64,000 nt of DNA from Candidatus Latescibacterota bacterium (GTDB taxonomy: Bacteria > Latescibacterota > UBA2968 > UBA8231). The DNA lies in the NCBI GenBank assembly GCA_965261395.1, contig OZ253462.1, positions 6,048,001 to 6,112,000 on the forward strand, read 5' to 3'. The position numbers and the translations under genes are program-made. The notes below the pieces were generated by a model. The model was given only the letters and a program-made list of their open reading frames with translations. It did no database searches and was not told where the DNA came from. Within the stretch, counting starts at the first letter, position 1. Each line of letters begins with the position of its first letter. Of this stretch, positions 38,732 through 47,223 are shown piece after piece.

Positions 38732-41131
38732 ATGGATAAAGTTTCTCCTACAGGCAAACCCTTGGCTGGCACGACTCTCCTCGAAATGGAAGGAGATCTC
38801 GCCGACCAGATGGTAGGGGGCATCAACCGCTTTCTCCAGCGCCAGCTAAAGGCCTCTATCGACCGCCGGGCACGGCACTGGAAACGCGATTTTTCCTCGC
38901 ATGCAAACTACGTCCAATCCAGCGAAAAAAATCGCCAGCGCTTCGCGAAGATCATTGGGCTTATAGATCAACGCCCGGCGGTCCAGCTCCAAGTTATGAC
39001 GGATGTGTCCGGGACAAACGCTCCGCAAGCTCAACTGGCCCAGGGCCGTGGGTACCAGATTTTTGCGGTGCGCTGGACAGTAATCAAAGGCGTCGAGGCA
39101 GAGGGCCTGCTGCTCCAGCCGGATAGGCACCCCCGGGCAGATGTGGTGGCCCTGCCCGACTGCGACTGGACTCCGGAAATGCTTGTGGGTCTGGAATCGG
39201 GGGTGCCCTCGACCGCCCAGTTTGCCCGGCGCTTGGCCGAAAATGGCTGCCGCGTGCTGGTGCCGTTGCTGATCGACCGCCGCACCACCTATTCGGGCGC
39301 AGCTTGGTTGGCCATGACCAACCAGCCACACCGCGAATTTATCTATCGGGCAGCCTTCGAACTGGGCCGGCACATCATCGGCTACGAGGTGCAGAAAATC
39401 TTGGCCGCTGTCGATTGGTTCCAGCACCAGCAAGGAACAAAACGCCCCATCGGTGTCATCGGCTATGGAGAGGGCGCCCTGCTGGCATTGTACGGGGCTG
39501 CTGCCGATACCCGAATTGACGCGACGGCAGTGTGTGGTTACTTCCAAAAACGCGAGACGCTCTGGCGCGAGCCCATATACCGCAACGTTTTTGGCCTATT
39601 GGACGAATTCGGCGATGCGGAACTGGCCACTCTGGTGGCACCCCGGGCCCTCTGTATAGAGGCCTGTCAGCATCCCCAGATCAACGGGCCACCCCCCGGC
39701 TCGACCCCACCTCAGGGAGGCACCCCGGGCGTTCTGCGCACTCCGCCCGTAGGGGAAGTCGAGGGAGAATTTGCACGGGCTCGCCGACTGCTAACGCCCC
39801 TGCGCCCCGCCCCCCGGCACACCATGGTCAAAAATCCTGGAGGTCCGCCGGGCAGCCAGGCCGTTTTAGAGGAATTTTTGCGGGGACTCGGGATAAAATC
39901 CCGGCTGGTCCGGATTGGTCCCATACCTAGGGCACAGCTTCACTCCCCCGACCCGCAGGCCCGCCTAGAGCGCCAGTTTGCCCAGTTACTGGACCATACC
40001 CAGACCCTGCTCGCCGCCGCCCAGTTTCGGCGCAAAGAGTTCTGGGTCCGCAATCCTAGCCGCCGTCTGGACGCGGGAAAAAAAGTAATGCGGCAAGACG
40101 ACTACCTGCCCCGGGTTTGCCCCGGCGATCGGGCCGCCAATGCCGCGACTTGGCAGCGGGCTGCCAGATGGTACCGCCGTTATTTTTGGGATGAAATCAT
40201 CGGCCGTCTGCCCAAGCCACGCATGGCGCTCAAACCGCGCACCCGCCAGATATACGACGAAGCACAATACCGGGGTTACGAGGTGGTGTTGGATGTATAT
40301 CGGGATGTTTTCGCCTCTGGCACTCTGTTGGTACCCAAAAGCATAAAAGAAGGGGAAGAACGCCCGCTCGTAGTCTGCCAGCACGGCTTGGAAGGACGGC
40401 CACGGGATGTGGCCGATCCCCAGGTGAACGATCCTTGTTACAATCAGTATGCCTGCCGGCTTGCCGAACGCGGCTTCGTCACCTATGCCCCCCAGAACCC
40501 CTATGTCGGCGAAAATGCTTTCCGCGTCTTAGAGCGGATGGCCAATCCGCTGAAAAGGTCCCTTTTCTCATTTATCGTGCGCCAACACGAGCGCGCGCTA
40601 GAGTGGCTGGCTGCGCTGGCATTCGTCGACCCCAAGCACATGGCCTTCTACGGTCTGAGTTACGGCGGCATGACCGCCATGCGGGTGCCGGCGCTGTTGG
40701 AGCAGTACTGCCTGTCCATCTGCTCGGCCAACTACAACGAGTGGGCTTGGAAGGCTGCCTCGCTGACACCTTATTCCTACATGTTCAGCGAAGAGCACGA
40801 AATGCCCCAATTCGACCTAGCTAACACCTTCAACTATGGGGAAATGAGTTGGCTGATCTGTCCCCGGCCCTTTATGGTGGAACGCGGCCATCGGGATTTA
40901 GTGGCACCAGACGAGTGGGTGGCCTACGAATACGCCCGGACGCGAAGGCACTATGTCTTGTTGGGGCTAGGGGACCGAACGGAGATCGAATTCTTCGACG
41001 GCGGACACACCATCAACGGTCAGGGAACTTTCCGCTTCCTCGAACGGCATCTCAAGTGGCCGAGAAAAAAGTCCATTGACACTTGTGGGGACAATCCCAT
41101 ATTGCTCCACAACAAACATGAGTTAAAATAA
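38732..41131 (+). CDS. Tandem alpha/beta-hydrolase (dienelactone hydrolase/esterase-like)
   Basis: Two hydrolase folds: GYGEGA in the first; CQHGLEG, GLSYGG and FDGGH in the second. Confidence 0.8.
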   Translation: MDKVSPTGKPLAGTTLLEMEGDLADQMVGGINRFLQRQLKASIDRRARHWKRDFSSHANYVQSSEKNRQRFAKIIGLIDQRPAVQLQVMTDVSGTNAPQAQLAQGRGYQIFAVRWTVIKGVEAEGLLLQPDRHPRADVVALPDCDWTPEMLVGLESGVPSTAQFARRLAENGCRVLVPLLIDRRTTYSGAAWLAMTNQPHREFIYRAAFELGRHIIGYEVQKILAAVDWFQHQQGTKRPIGVIGYGEGALLALYGAAADTRIDATAVCGYFQKRETLWREPIYRNVFGLLDEFGDAELATLVAPRALCIEACQHPQINGPPPGSTPPQGGTPGVLRTPPVGEVEGEFARARRLLTPLRPAPRHTMVKNPGGPPGSQAVLEEFLRGLGIKSRLVRIGPIPRAQLHSPDPQARLERQFAQLLDHTQTLLAAAQFRRKEFWVRNPSRRLDAGKKVMRQDDYLPRVCPGDRAANAATWQRAARWYRRYFWDEIIGRLPKPRMALKPRTRQIYDEAQYRGYEVVLDVYRDVFASGTLLVPKSIKEGEERPLVVCQHGLEGRPRDVADPQVNDPCYNQYACRLAERGFVTYAPQNPYVGENAFRVLERMANPLKRSLFSFIVRQHERALEWLAALAFVDPKHMAFYGLSYGGMTAMRVPALLEQYCLSICSANYNEWAWKAASLTPYSYMFSEEHEMPQFDLANTFNYGEMSWLICPRPFMVERGHRDLVAPDEWVAYEYARTRRHYVLLGLGDRTEIEFFDGGHTINGQGTFRFLERHLKWPRKKSIDTCGDNPILLHNKHELK

Positions 41132-41134
41132 AAA

Positions 41135-41923
41135 ATGCAAAAAAAAGGCGTTTCCTTTTCCGTTTTCACCAAAATGTGGAAGGACAAATCTCCAACCGAA
41201 CTCGGAGAGTTTGTACTCGATCTGGGCTTCGACGGCATTGAACTGCCCGTGCGTGCGGATTATCCAGTGCCCCCCGAAAGTGTTGGACGCGACTTGCCCA
41301 AAGCGGCAAGGGAACTCGGCGCTTTGGGTGTCGCCATTACCAGTGTGGCCGGACCGACGGACGAAGCAACCATTGCGGCTTGCGGCGCTGCCGGAGTTCC
41401 GGTCATTCGCACCTGTCCAGCTATCGCTACCAGGGGGTATTTGGCCAGCGTAGAAGGTCACCAGCGAGCCTTTGACGCCCTGATTCCCTTGCTCGACAAA
41501 CACGGGGTCGCTTTGGGTATCCAAAATCACGAAGGCCAATGGGTGTGCAATGCCATGGGCATTAAACACCTAATCGACCGCTACGATCCCAGCCATATCT
41601 GCGCCATACCCTGTGCCGGGCACACTGCTCTCAACGGAGAATCCCCCGAGATGGCGATCGATATCGTCTGGTCGCATCTGTCCCAATTCAAGCTCAAGAA
41701 TGCATACTGGCGGCGGCAGACCGAACCGGAAGCGGAAAACGTGGAATGGCGTCCTTATTGGACCACGGGACGGCAGGGTCTGGCTTCGTGGCCGCGGTCG
41801 GTCGCGGAACTGAAACGAAGGGGCTTCAGCGGTGTCGTCTGCATGGATGCCGAATACCACGATGCAGCCTCCACAGAGCGACTCCTCGCCGAAGACCTGG
41901 CCTTCGTCAAATCTCTGTTTTGA
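41135..41923 (+). CDS. Sugar phosphate isomerase/epimerase (xylose-isomerase-like TIM barrel)
   Basis: GFDGIELPVR, IQNH, LKNAYW, AEY. Confidence 0.85.
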   Translation: MQKKGVSFSVFTKMWKDKSPTELGEFVLDLGFDGIELPVRADYPVPPESVGRDLPKAARELGALGVAITSVAGPTDEATIAACGAAGVPVIRTCPAIATRGYLASVEGHQRAFDALIPLLDKHGVALGIQNHEGQWVCNAMGIKHLIDRYDPSHICAIPCAGHTALNGESPEMAIDIVWSHLSQFKLKNAYWRRQTEPEAENVEWRPYWTTGRQGLASWPRSVAELKRRGFSGVVCMDAEYHDAASTERLLAEDLAFVKSLF

Positions 41924-41926
41924 GCG

Positions 41927-42922
41927 TTATCCGGCGCGAAACCCCACTTCGACCCCATCCCCTACATCTACAGTGGCTCGCAGCACCCGGGGCCGCACTA
42001 ACTCCGCTGTCTGCGCTACGCCGTTGACCCATATACGGGGAAAGTTGCACCAGGCCGCCGGCACCTCCGCTTCAAAGGTCAGCTCCTTGCAAGCCACGCC
42101 GGCGGGCAGATCGGTGAAAGAAATTTGATACCGCCGCTCATCGACACTGTCGCCAACAACGTCAATGGCGGCATGACGCCGGCTCAGATGATAGAACACG
42201 ACTTCTTCGGGCACGGCGCACCAGACTTCGTCGCCGCCCTCTGCAAGCACCGTCTCCAAGCGCTTGCGCAGCTGGGCTGCGGAGCAATCCTTATTGATGT
42301 GGATGGGCTCTTCGAGCGGGCAGTGGCAGTAGTCGATGACCCAACCGCGGGACTGGCGGGCGGGGAGAATATTGCGGAAGGGATCGTGTTTGCTGAAGAA
42401 AGGAGGGGGGTATTCGTGGATCAAAGGACTGCGGTCGAGCCAATAGCACTCGTCCGCGGGTCGATTTATTCCCTCCCTGATGCTCATCGCGCCCAAATAG
42501 CCGAGTTGGCGGCAGGCCTCGAGAATGTGTGGGGCCATATTGCGGTTGCTGCCGGGGGCACAATACAGCGGCACCGGCGCGTCAATGGCTTGCTCTAAAA
42601 CCTCCTTGGCCACGCGCAGCTCCTGATCGACCATCTCGGGTTTGATAAAGACGTGAGTCCACGAGTGATTGCCGACGCCCCAGCCGCGAGCCATCAGGTC
42701 TTTGAGCTCATCGGCATTCATATGCCGGTAGCCATTGAAGCTCGACCCGTCGACCCGTCGCACTTCCCCCATTTGCCCGACGACCACTTCCAAGTGCCCG
42801 GGAATACCGCATTCTTCGTGATAGGGCACAGCAAAACGATGCAAATCGACTAGGGCCTCGTCGTAGGTAATGGAGTAGACCCAGCGTTTGCCGTATTTCC
42901 AATCGCAAATGCGCAGCGACAT
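41927..42922 (-). CDS. Polysaccharide deacetylase (NodB-like) family protein, paralog 2
   Basis: YSITYDEA, GNHSWTH, YCAPG, IDYCH. Confidence 0.8.
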   Translation of the reverse strand: MSLRICDWKYGKRWVYSITYDEALVDLHRFAVPYHEECGIPGHLEVVVGQMGEVRRVDGSSFNGYRHMNADELKDLMARGWGVGNHSWTHVFIKPEMVDQELRVAKEVLEQAIDAPVPLYCAPGSNRNMAPHILEACRQLGYLGAMSIREGINRPADECYWLDRSPLIHEYPPPFFSKHDPFRNILPARQSRGWVIDYCHCPLEEPIHINKDCSAAQLRKRLETVLAEGGDEVWCAVPEEVVFYHLSRRHAAIDVVGDSVDERRYQISFTDLPAGVACKELTFEAEVPAAWCNFPRIWVNGVAQTAELVRPRVLRATVDVGDGVEVGFRAG

Positions 42923-42955
42923 AATCAATCCTTAGCAGCGAACGGTTTTTAGCCA

Positions 42956-42983
42956 GTAGGGGCGACCGGCCGGTCGCCCCTAC
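42956..42983. repeat. GTAG-type REP palindrome
   Basis: GTAGGGGCGACCGGCCGGTCGCCCCTAC is a perfect palindrome; its TAG is the stop codon of the 42980-43975 gene. Confidence 0.88.
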
Positions 42984-43975
42984 GAAGGACGAAACTGCAA
43001 CTCCGTCCCATCCTCCGCCTCCACCGTCGTCCGCAGCAGGCGAGGGCGCACCACAGAGGCCGACCGGGGCACCCCGTTTACCCACACTCGGGGAGAATTG
43101 CACCAGGCCGTCGGCACCTCCACTTCAAAGGTCAACTCCCGGCGCTCAACCCGGACAGGCAACGCCTCATAGCGGATCCGGTATCGTTGTTCACGAGCCG
43201 TTTCGGCCACGGTTTCGACCACGGCGTGCCGTCGGCACAAATGATAGGAAACGACCTCTTCGGGCACTGCGCACCAGACTTGGTCACCGCCCTCTGCGAT
43301 GATCGTCTGCAAACGCAGGCGCAATTGCGCCTGCGAGCAGTCTTTGTTGGGGTGAACGGCCTGTTCCAACGGGCAGTGGCAGTAGTCGATAATCCAACCC
43401 CTAACCTCCTGGGCCAGCAGAATATGGCGGAACGGGTCGTAAGCGCTGTAAAAGGGTTCCTCATAGCGCTCGTGCAACGGCGTGCGATTGAGGTAGTACA
43501 ATTCATCGCTCGCCGCGTTCACCCCATCCGTTATGCTCATGGCACCCAAGTAACCGAGTTGGCGACAGGCGTCCAGCACATAGTCGGACATATTTTCATT
43601 GCCGTTGGGGGCGCAGTACAGCAGCACAGCAGCGCCGATAGCCTGTTCTATAACATCGCGAGACAGGCGGATTTCTTGGTCGACCATATCGGGCCTGATA
43701 AAGTGGTGACTCCAGCCGTGGCTGCCCACGCCCCAGCCGCGGGCGAGCAAATCCTTGAGCTCATCGCCATTCATGTGCCGGTAGCCGTTGAAGCTGGAAG
43801 TGCCGATATTGCGGATTTCGCCGATCTGCTGGGCCACGGCCTCTACGTGTCCGGGAATGCCGAATTCCTCGTGATGGGGAATGGCAAAGCGGTGTAGATC
43901 GGCCAGCGCCTCGTCGTAGGTAATCGAATAGACCCAGTTCTTGCCGTATTTCCAGTCGCAGATGCGCAGGGCCAT
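42980..43975 (-). CDS. Polysaccharide deacetylase (NodB-like) family protein, paralog 1
   Basis: YSITYDEA, GSHGWSH, YCAPNG; collinear with 41927-42922 over its full length. Confidence 0.8.
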   Translation of the reverse strand: MALRICDWKYGKNWVYSITYDEALADLHRFAIPHHEEFGIPGHVEAVAQQIGEIRNIGTSSFNGYRHMNGDELKDLLARGWGVGSHGWSHHFIRPDMVDQEIRLSRDVIEQAIGAAVLLYCAPNGNENMSDYVLDACRQLGYLGAMSITDGVNAASDELYYLNRTPLHERYEEPFYSAYDPFRHILLAQEVRGWIIDYCHCPLEQAVHPNKDCSQAQLRLRLQTIIAEGGDQVWCAVPEEVVSYHLCRRHAVVETVAETAREQRYRIRYEALPVRVERRELTFEVEVPTAWCNSPRVWVNGVPRSASVVRPRLLRTTVEAEDGTELQFRPS

Positions 43976-43990
43976 AGTTCCGTTGTCTTT

Positions 43991-44797
43991 TTATTTATCT
44001 AGCGTTGCAACGGCGGTCTGGAAATCCGCCCAGGTGGTGGAATAACCTACGGCTATTTCAAAGCGGTGAATGCCATAACGCGTGGCCAGACGCTCGGGAA
44101 AGGTATCGGGCGTTTCCACGCCCACTGTGCCGTCCCGCATGAGAATACAGCGGTAGCCCGCCCGCAGCATGGGGCGGCCCCCCCCCTCTGAGTTGAGAAT
44201 GCACATATCCGCGGCAAAGCCCGTATAGATGAGGGTCTCGACGCCGCGCTCTTGCAGGTATGCGTCGAGCTGGTCGGTGTAAAAGACGAGGGGCTCGTCC
44301 CCCATCGGCGCGACGATTTTAGCCCTTTTCATGCGCGCAGCGGGCGATTTGGCCAGATCGACGCCGGTCGATCTTTTTTCGATGGTTTGGAGTTCGCCGG
44401 TGCGGACGATGGCCCAGCGGTCCGACGGGTGCCGCAGAGAGGCCGCGTAGCGCTGGTTTTCCGGGGTGCGGCGAGAAGGCACCTCGGGGTAGTGCTTGTC
44501 AAAATCCTCGGGCTCGACGTGGCACACCGGCATACCGAGCCGCCGAGCGATATCCATGGCCGGCCGGATCACTTCTTGCATAACGCGCCAGGATTCTTCG
44601 GTGGCCTGAGGCCAGCCCATGCCCGTGACGTAGTTGACGTCGATCTCAGGGCCATCCGGCAGCCCCACATTCCAGCAGTGCAAACCAATGAGCGCCGTGC
44701 GTTCCACTGGCAACTCAAAGACGTCCTCTGCGTAGCCGGCTTTGTCTATGGGCAGGGCGCGGTAATGGCGAGTCTTGAGTTTAAGCGTCTTACTCAT
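43991..44797 (-). CDS. Isochorismatase/cysteine hydrolase family protein
   Basis: RTALIGLHCW, LIYTGFAADMCI, GYRCILMRDGT. Confidence 0.78.
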   Translation of the reverse strand: MSKTLKLKTRHYRALPIDKAGYAEDVFELPVERTALIGLHCWNVGLPDGPEIDVNYVTGMGWPQATEESWRVMQEVIRPAMDIARRLGMPVCHVEPEDFDKHYPEVPSRRTPENQRYAASLRHPSDRWAIVRTGELQTIEKRSTGVDLAKSPAARMKRAKIVAPMGDEPLVFYTDQLDAYLQERGVETLIYTGFAADMCILNSEGGGRPMLRAGYRCILMRDGTVGVETPDTFPERLATRYGIHRFEIAVGYSTTWADFQTAVATLDK

Positions 44798-44802
44798 CGG
44801 AC

Positions 44803-46062
44803 CTATCCCACCCGATTTCGGTCCGCCACTTCTTCGACGATGGCCGCGATCATCTCTACGTGTTCATCTTCCCATTTTTCGGAAATCGAGCAGGTGCGGA
44901 CCCAGTTTTCGAGAAAAGCCCAGGCCGTGGGGCAAGTAGCGGAACTGTAGTGGTACACACGCGAGGCCGGCGGCCGCGAAAACGGGTACTTGTTGGCGTC
45001 CACGTATTGCTGGAGAAAGGGGAGGGCGGCGGGCATCAGGTAGTACTTGCCCTGGCCCGCTCCATTTATTCCGGCTTCTAGTACCTGGGCGGCAAACTCC
45101 TCGCCCGTGCATTTGAAGGCCTCTGGGTCGATGCTGAAGCTGGACATCCAGGCGGAATATTTGGTGACGTAGTCGGGAATGGGCAATGGCGTAATGCCGT
45201 CAATAGAGGAGAGCTTCTCTGTGATCAGACGCACGGTGCGGTCGATCTTGGCTACCTGAGCGCGGATGGTCTCCAGTTGACCCAGGCACAGCGCCGCGGT
45301 CATGCGGCTCATATCGTAGGCATGACCAAAGGCCGTGTGGGTGCGGCCGAAGTGGGGCACATCCACCCCGGCGCGGCCCGAACTGAGGAAGCGTACTTTT
45401 TCTGCTAGTTCGTCATCGTCAGTAGCGATGCAACCCCCTTTATCCGAGCTGAAGGTTTTCTCCGAATCCAGCGAGAAGGCCGAGGCCGTCCCCAAGGTGC
45501 CGACGATGCGCCCCTTGTATTCGCTGAATATGGCCTGACAGATGTCCTCGTAGACGATCAGTCCGTGTTTGGCGGCCAATTCGTTGATCGGATCCATATC
45601 GTTGGGCAGGCCACATTTGTGCACCGCCAGAATTGCCCGCGTGCGATCGGTGATGCAAGGTTCTATAGTCGCGGCACTGAAATTGACCGTGCCCGGCGCC
45701 GTATCGGGAAAAACGGGAATATAGTTGTGCATGAGCACGCCGTAGACGGTGCCGTAATCGGTGAGCGGGCTGATGATGACCTCGTCGCCGGGATCGAAGT
45801 CAAAGGCCAGCGATAGGGCGGCCATAGCCGTGGTGCAGGTGGGAGTGGCGATGCAGTGCTTGACGCCTAGTTCCGCGGCGAACGCCTGCTCGAACTTGCC
45901 CACTGAATCGCAGCTTAGCCCCGAATCCAATACCTCCTGGACGTACTTTAGACTATTGAGCCCTATGGTGCGGGGAAAGAGAGGAGGCACGATGCCTTCG
46001 CTGCTGTGGGCGTCGGCCCCGCGCTTGATGGGCTTGTAAGCCAGTGCTGGTTGCTGGGACAT
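44803..46062 (-). CDS. DegT/DnrJ/EryC1/StrS PLP-dependent aminotransferase
   Basis: FEQAFAAELGVKH, PGDEVI, EDICQA, FSLDSEK (Schiff-base Lys), GGCIATDD. Confidence 0.88.
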   Translation of the reverse strand: MSQQPALAYKPIKRGADAHSSEGIVPPLFPRTIGLNSLKYVQEVLDSGLSCDSVGKFEQAFAAELGVKHCIATPTCTTAMAALSLAFDFDPGDEVIISPLTDYGTVYGVLMHNYIPVFPDTAPGTVNFSAATIEPCITDRTRAILAVHKCGLPNDMDPINELAAKHGLIVYEDICQAIFSEYKGRIVGTLGTASAFSLDSEKTFSSDKGGCIATDDDELAEKVRFLSSGRAGVDVPHFGRTHTAFGHAYDMSRMTAALCLGQLETIRAQVAKIDRTVRLITEKLSSIDGITPLPIPDYVTKYSAWMSSFSIDPEAFKCTGEEFAAQVLEAGINGAGQGKYYLMPAALPFLQQYVDANKYPFSRPPASRVYHYSSATCPTAWAFLENWVRTCSISEKWEDEHVEMIAAIVEEVADRNRVG

Positions 46063-46206
46063 TAGACTCTCCTATGGGGGCTAAACATATATCGATTTGA
46101 ATCGCCGCATTTAAGAGGAACCGCACTTTTTTTGGTCGTTGCGACCCAACCTATCCCTTTTGTCTATCGGGTGTCAAGTCTTGCCGATCGCAAGTGCGGC
46201 TCAGCC

Positions 46207-47034
46207 CTATGGCCGTTCGCGCTCAGCTTGCTTTAGATGTTGAAAATCCCGCAATAACCGCTGACCTTCTTCCCGGCGTCCCTGTTTGAGATAAAGCTGA
46301 GCTAGACGGTAGTGGGTGGGAATGTGGCGGGGATCTCTTTTGAGCGCTTGCTGGTAGAGATAAGCGGCCTCTGTTTGCTCTCCCTGCTTCTCCAGCACAG
46401 CGCCTAGACGGCAATAGGGGTCGGCAAATTCGGAATTCACCTGAATAGCCTGCTGGAAATAGCTTCTGGCAGTTGCCAATTCGTTTTCTCGCTCACTGAC
46501 CAGCCCTAGATCATAGTAGATCTTTGCCCGTTTTACTCCCAACTCAAGAGCGCGTCGATAGGCCTTCTTGGCTGCGGCATAATCGCGAAGGTCCATGTAG
46601 GTTTTTCCGAGATGCATGAGGAAAACCCCATTCTCGGGTGCTTGGGCGATGGCCCTTTTGTAGTACGGAATGGCTTCCCCCGATCTTCGCTGCAGCGTAT
46701 AGGCCAAACCGATCTGGTCCAAGGCCCGGGCAAAATCTGGCTTCAGATGCACTGCCTCGCTGAATTCTCCGACCGCTTCTTCATACTGACCATTCTGCAG
46801 GTAGCGACGACCGCGACGATAGTAAATCTCGGCAGCAATCTGCTCCTCTTGTTCGACCTTTAACGGTTGGGGTTTGCCTTCCTTTTGCACGTTGGGTGGC
46901 GGCTCACCAGATAGTGTTTGTCGTTCTTTTTGACCGCAGCCGATCCATCCCCAACTGCCCATAAAAAGAGCTAGGAGCAGCCCCAGCCGACGGTCGCGTC
47001 GCGATACTCTTAGAAGCCGTTGATGATGCGCCAA
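46207..47034 (-). CDS. TPR lipoprotein
   Basis: Lipobox-like WIGC followed by about six TPR repeats. Confidence 0.85.
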   Translation of the reverse strand: MAHHQRLLRVSRRDRRLGLLLALFMGSWGWIGCGQKERQTLSGEPPPNVQKEGKPQPLKVEQEEQIAAEIYYRRGRRYLQNGQYEEAVGEFSEAVHLKPDFARALDQIGLAYTLQRRSGEAIPYYKRAIAQAPENGVFLMHLGKTYMDLRDYAAAKKAYRRALELGVKRAKIYYDLGLVSERENELATARSYFQQAIQVNSEFADPYCRLGAVLEKQGEQTEAAYLYQQALKRDPRHIPTHYRLAQLYLKQGRREEGQRLLRDFQHLKQAERERP

Positions 47035-47223
47035 GGTTTACGCGTCCTTTTCTTTAGAAGCCGTCTTATAGTACCTAGCATTGACCGCTAAAGTTTCCGC
47101 TCCTGATACTCGACAATGTAGCGCAAAAATCTAAAGACTCCGTCGGTCGGCTCAAAAAGTCGCTGCGCTGTTAAAGGGCCGACAGCTTGCACCAGATACC
47201 TCTACAGAGTATCTATATTTCTC

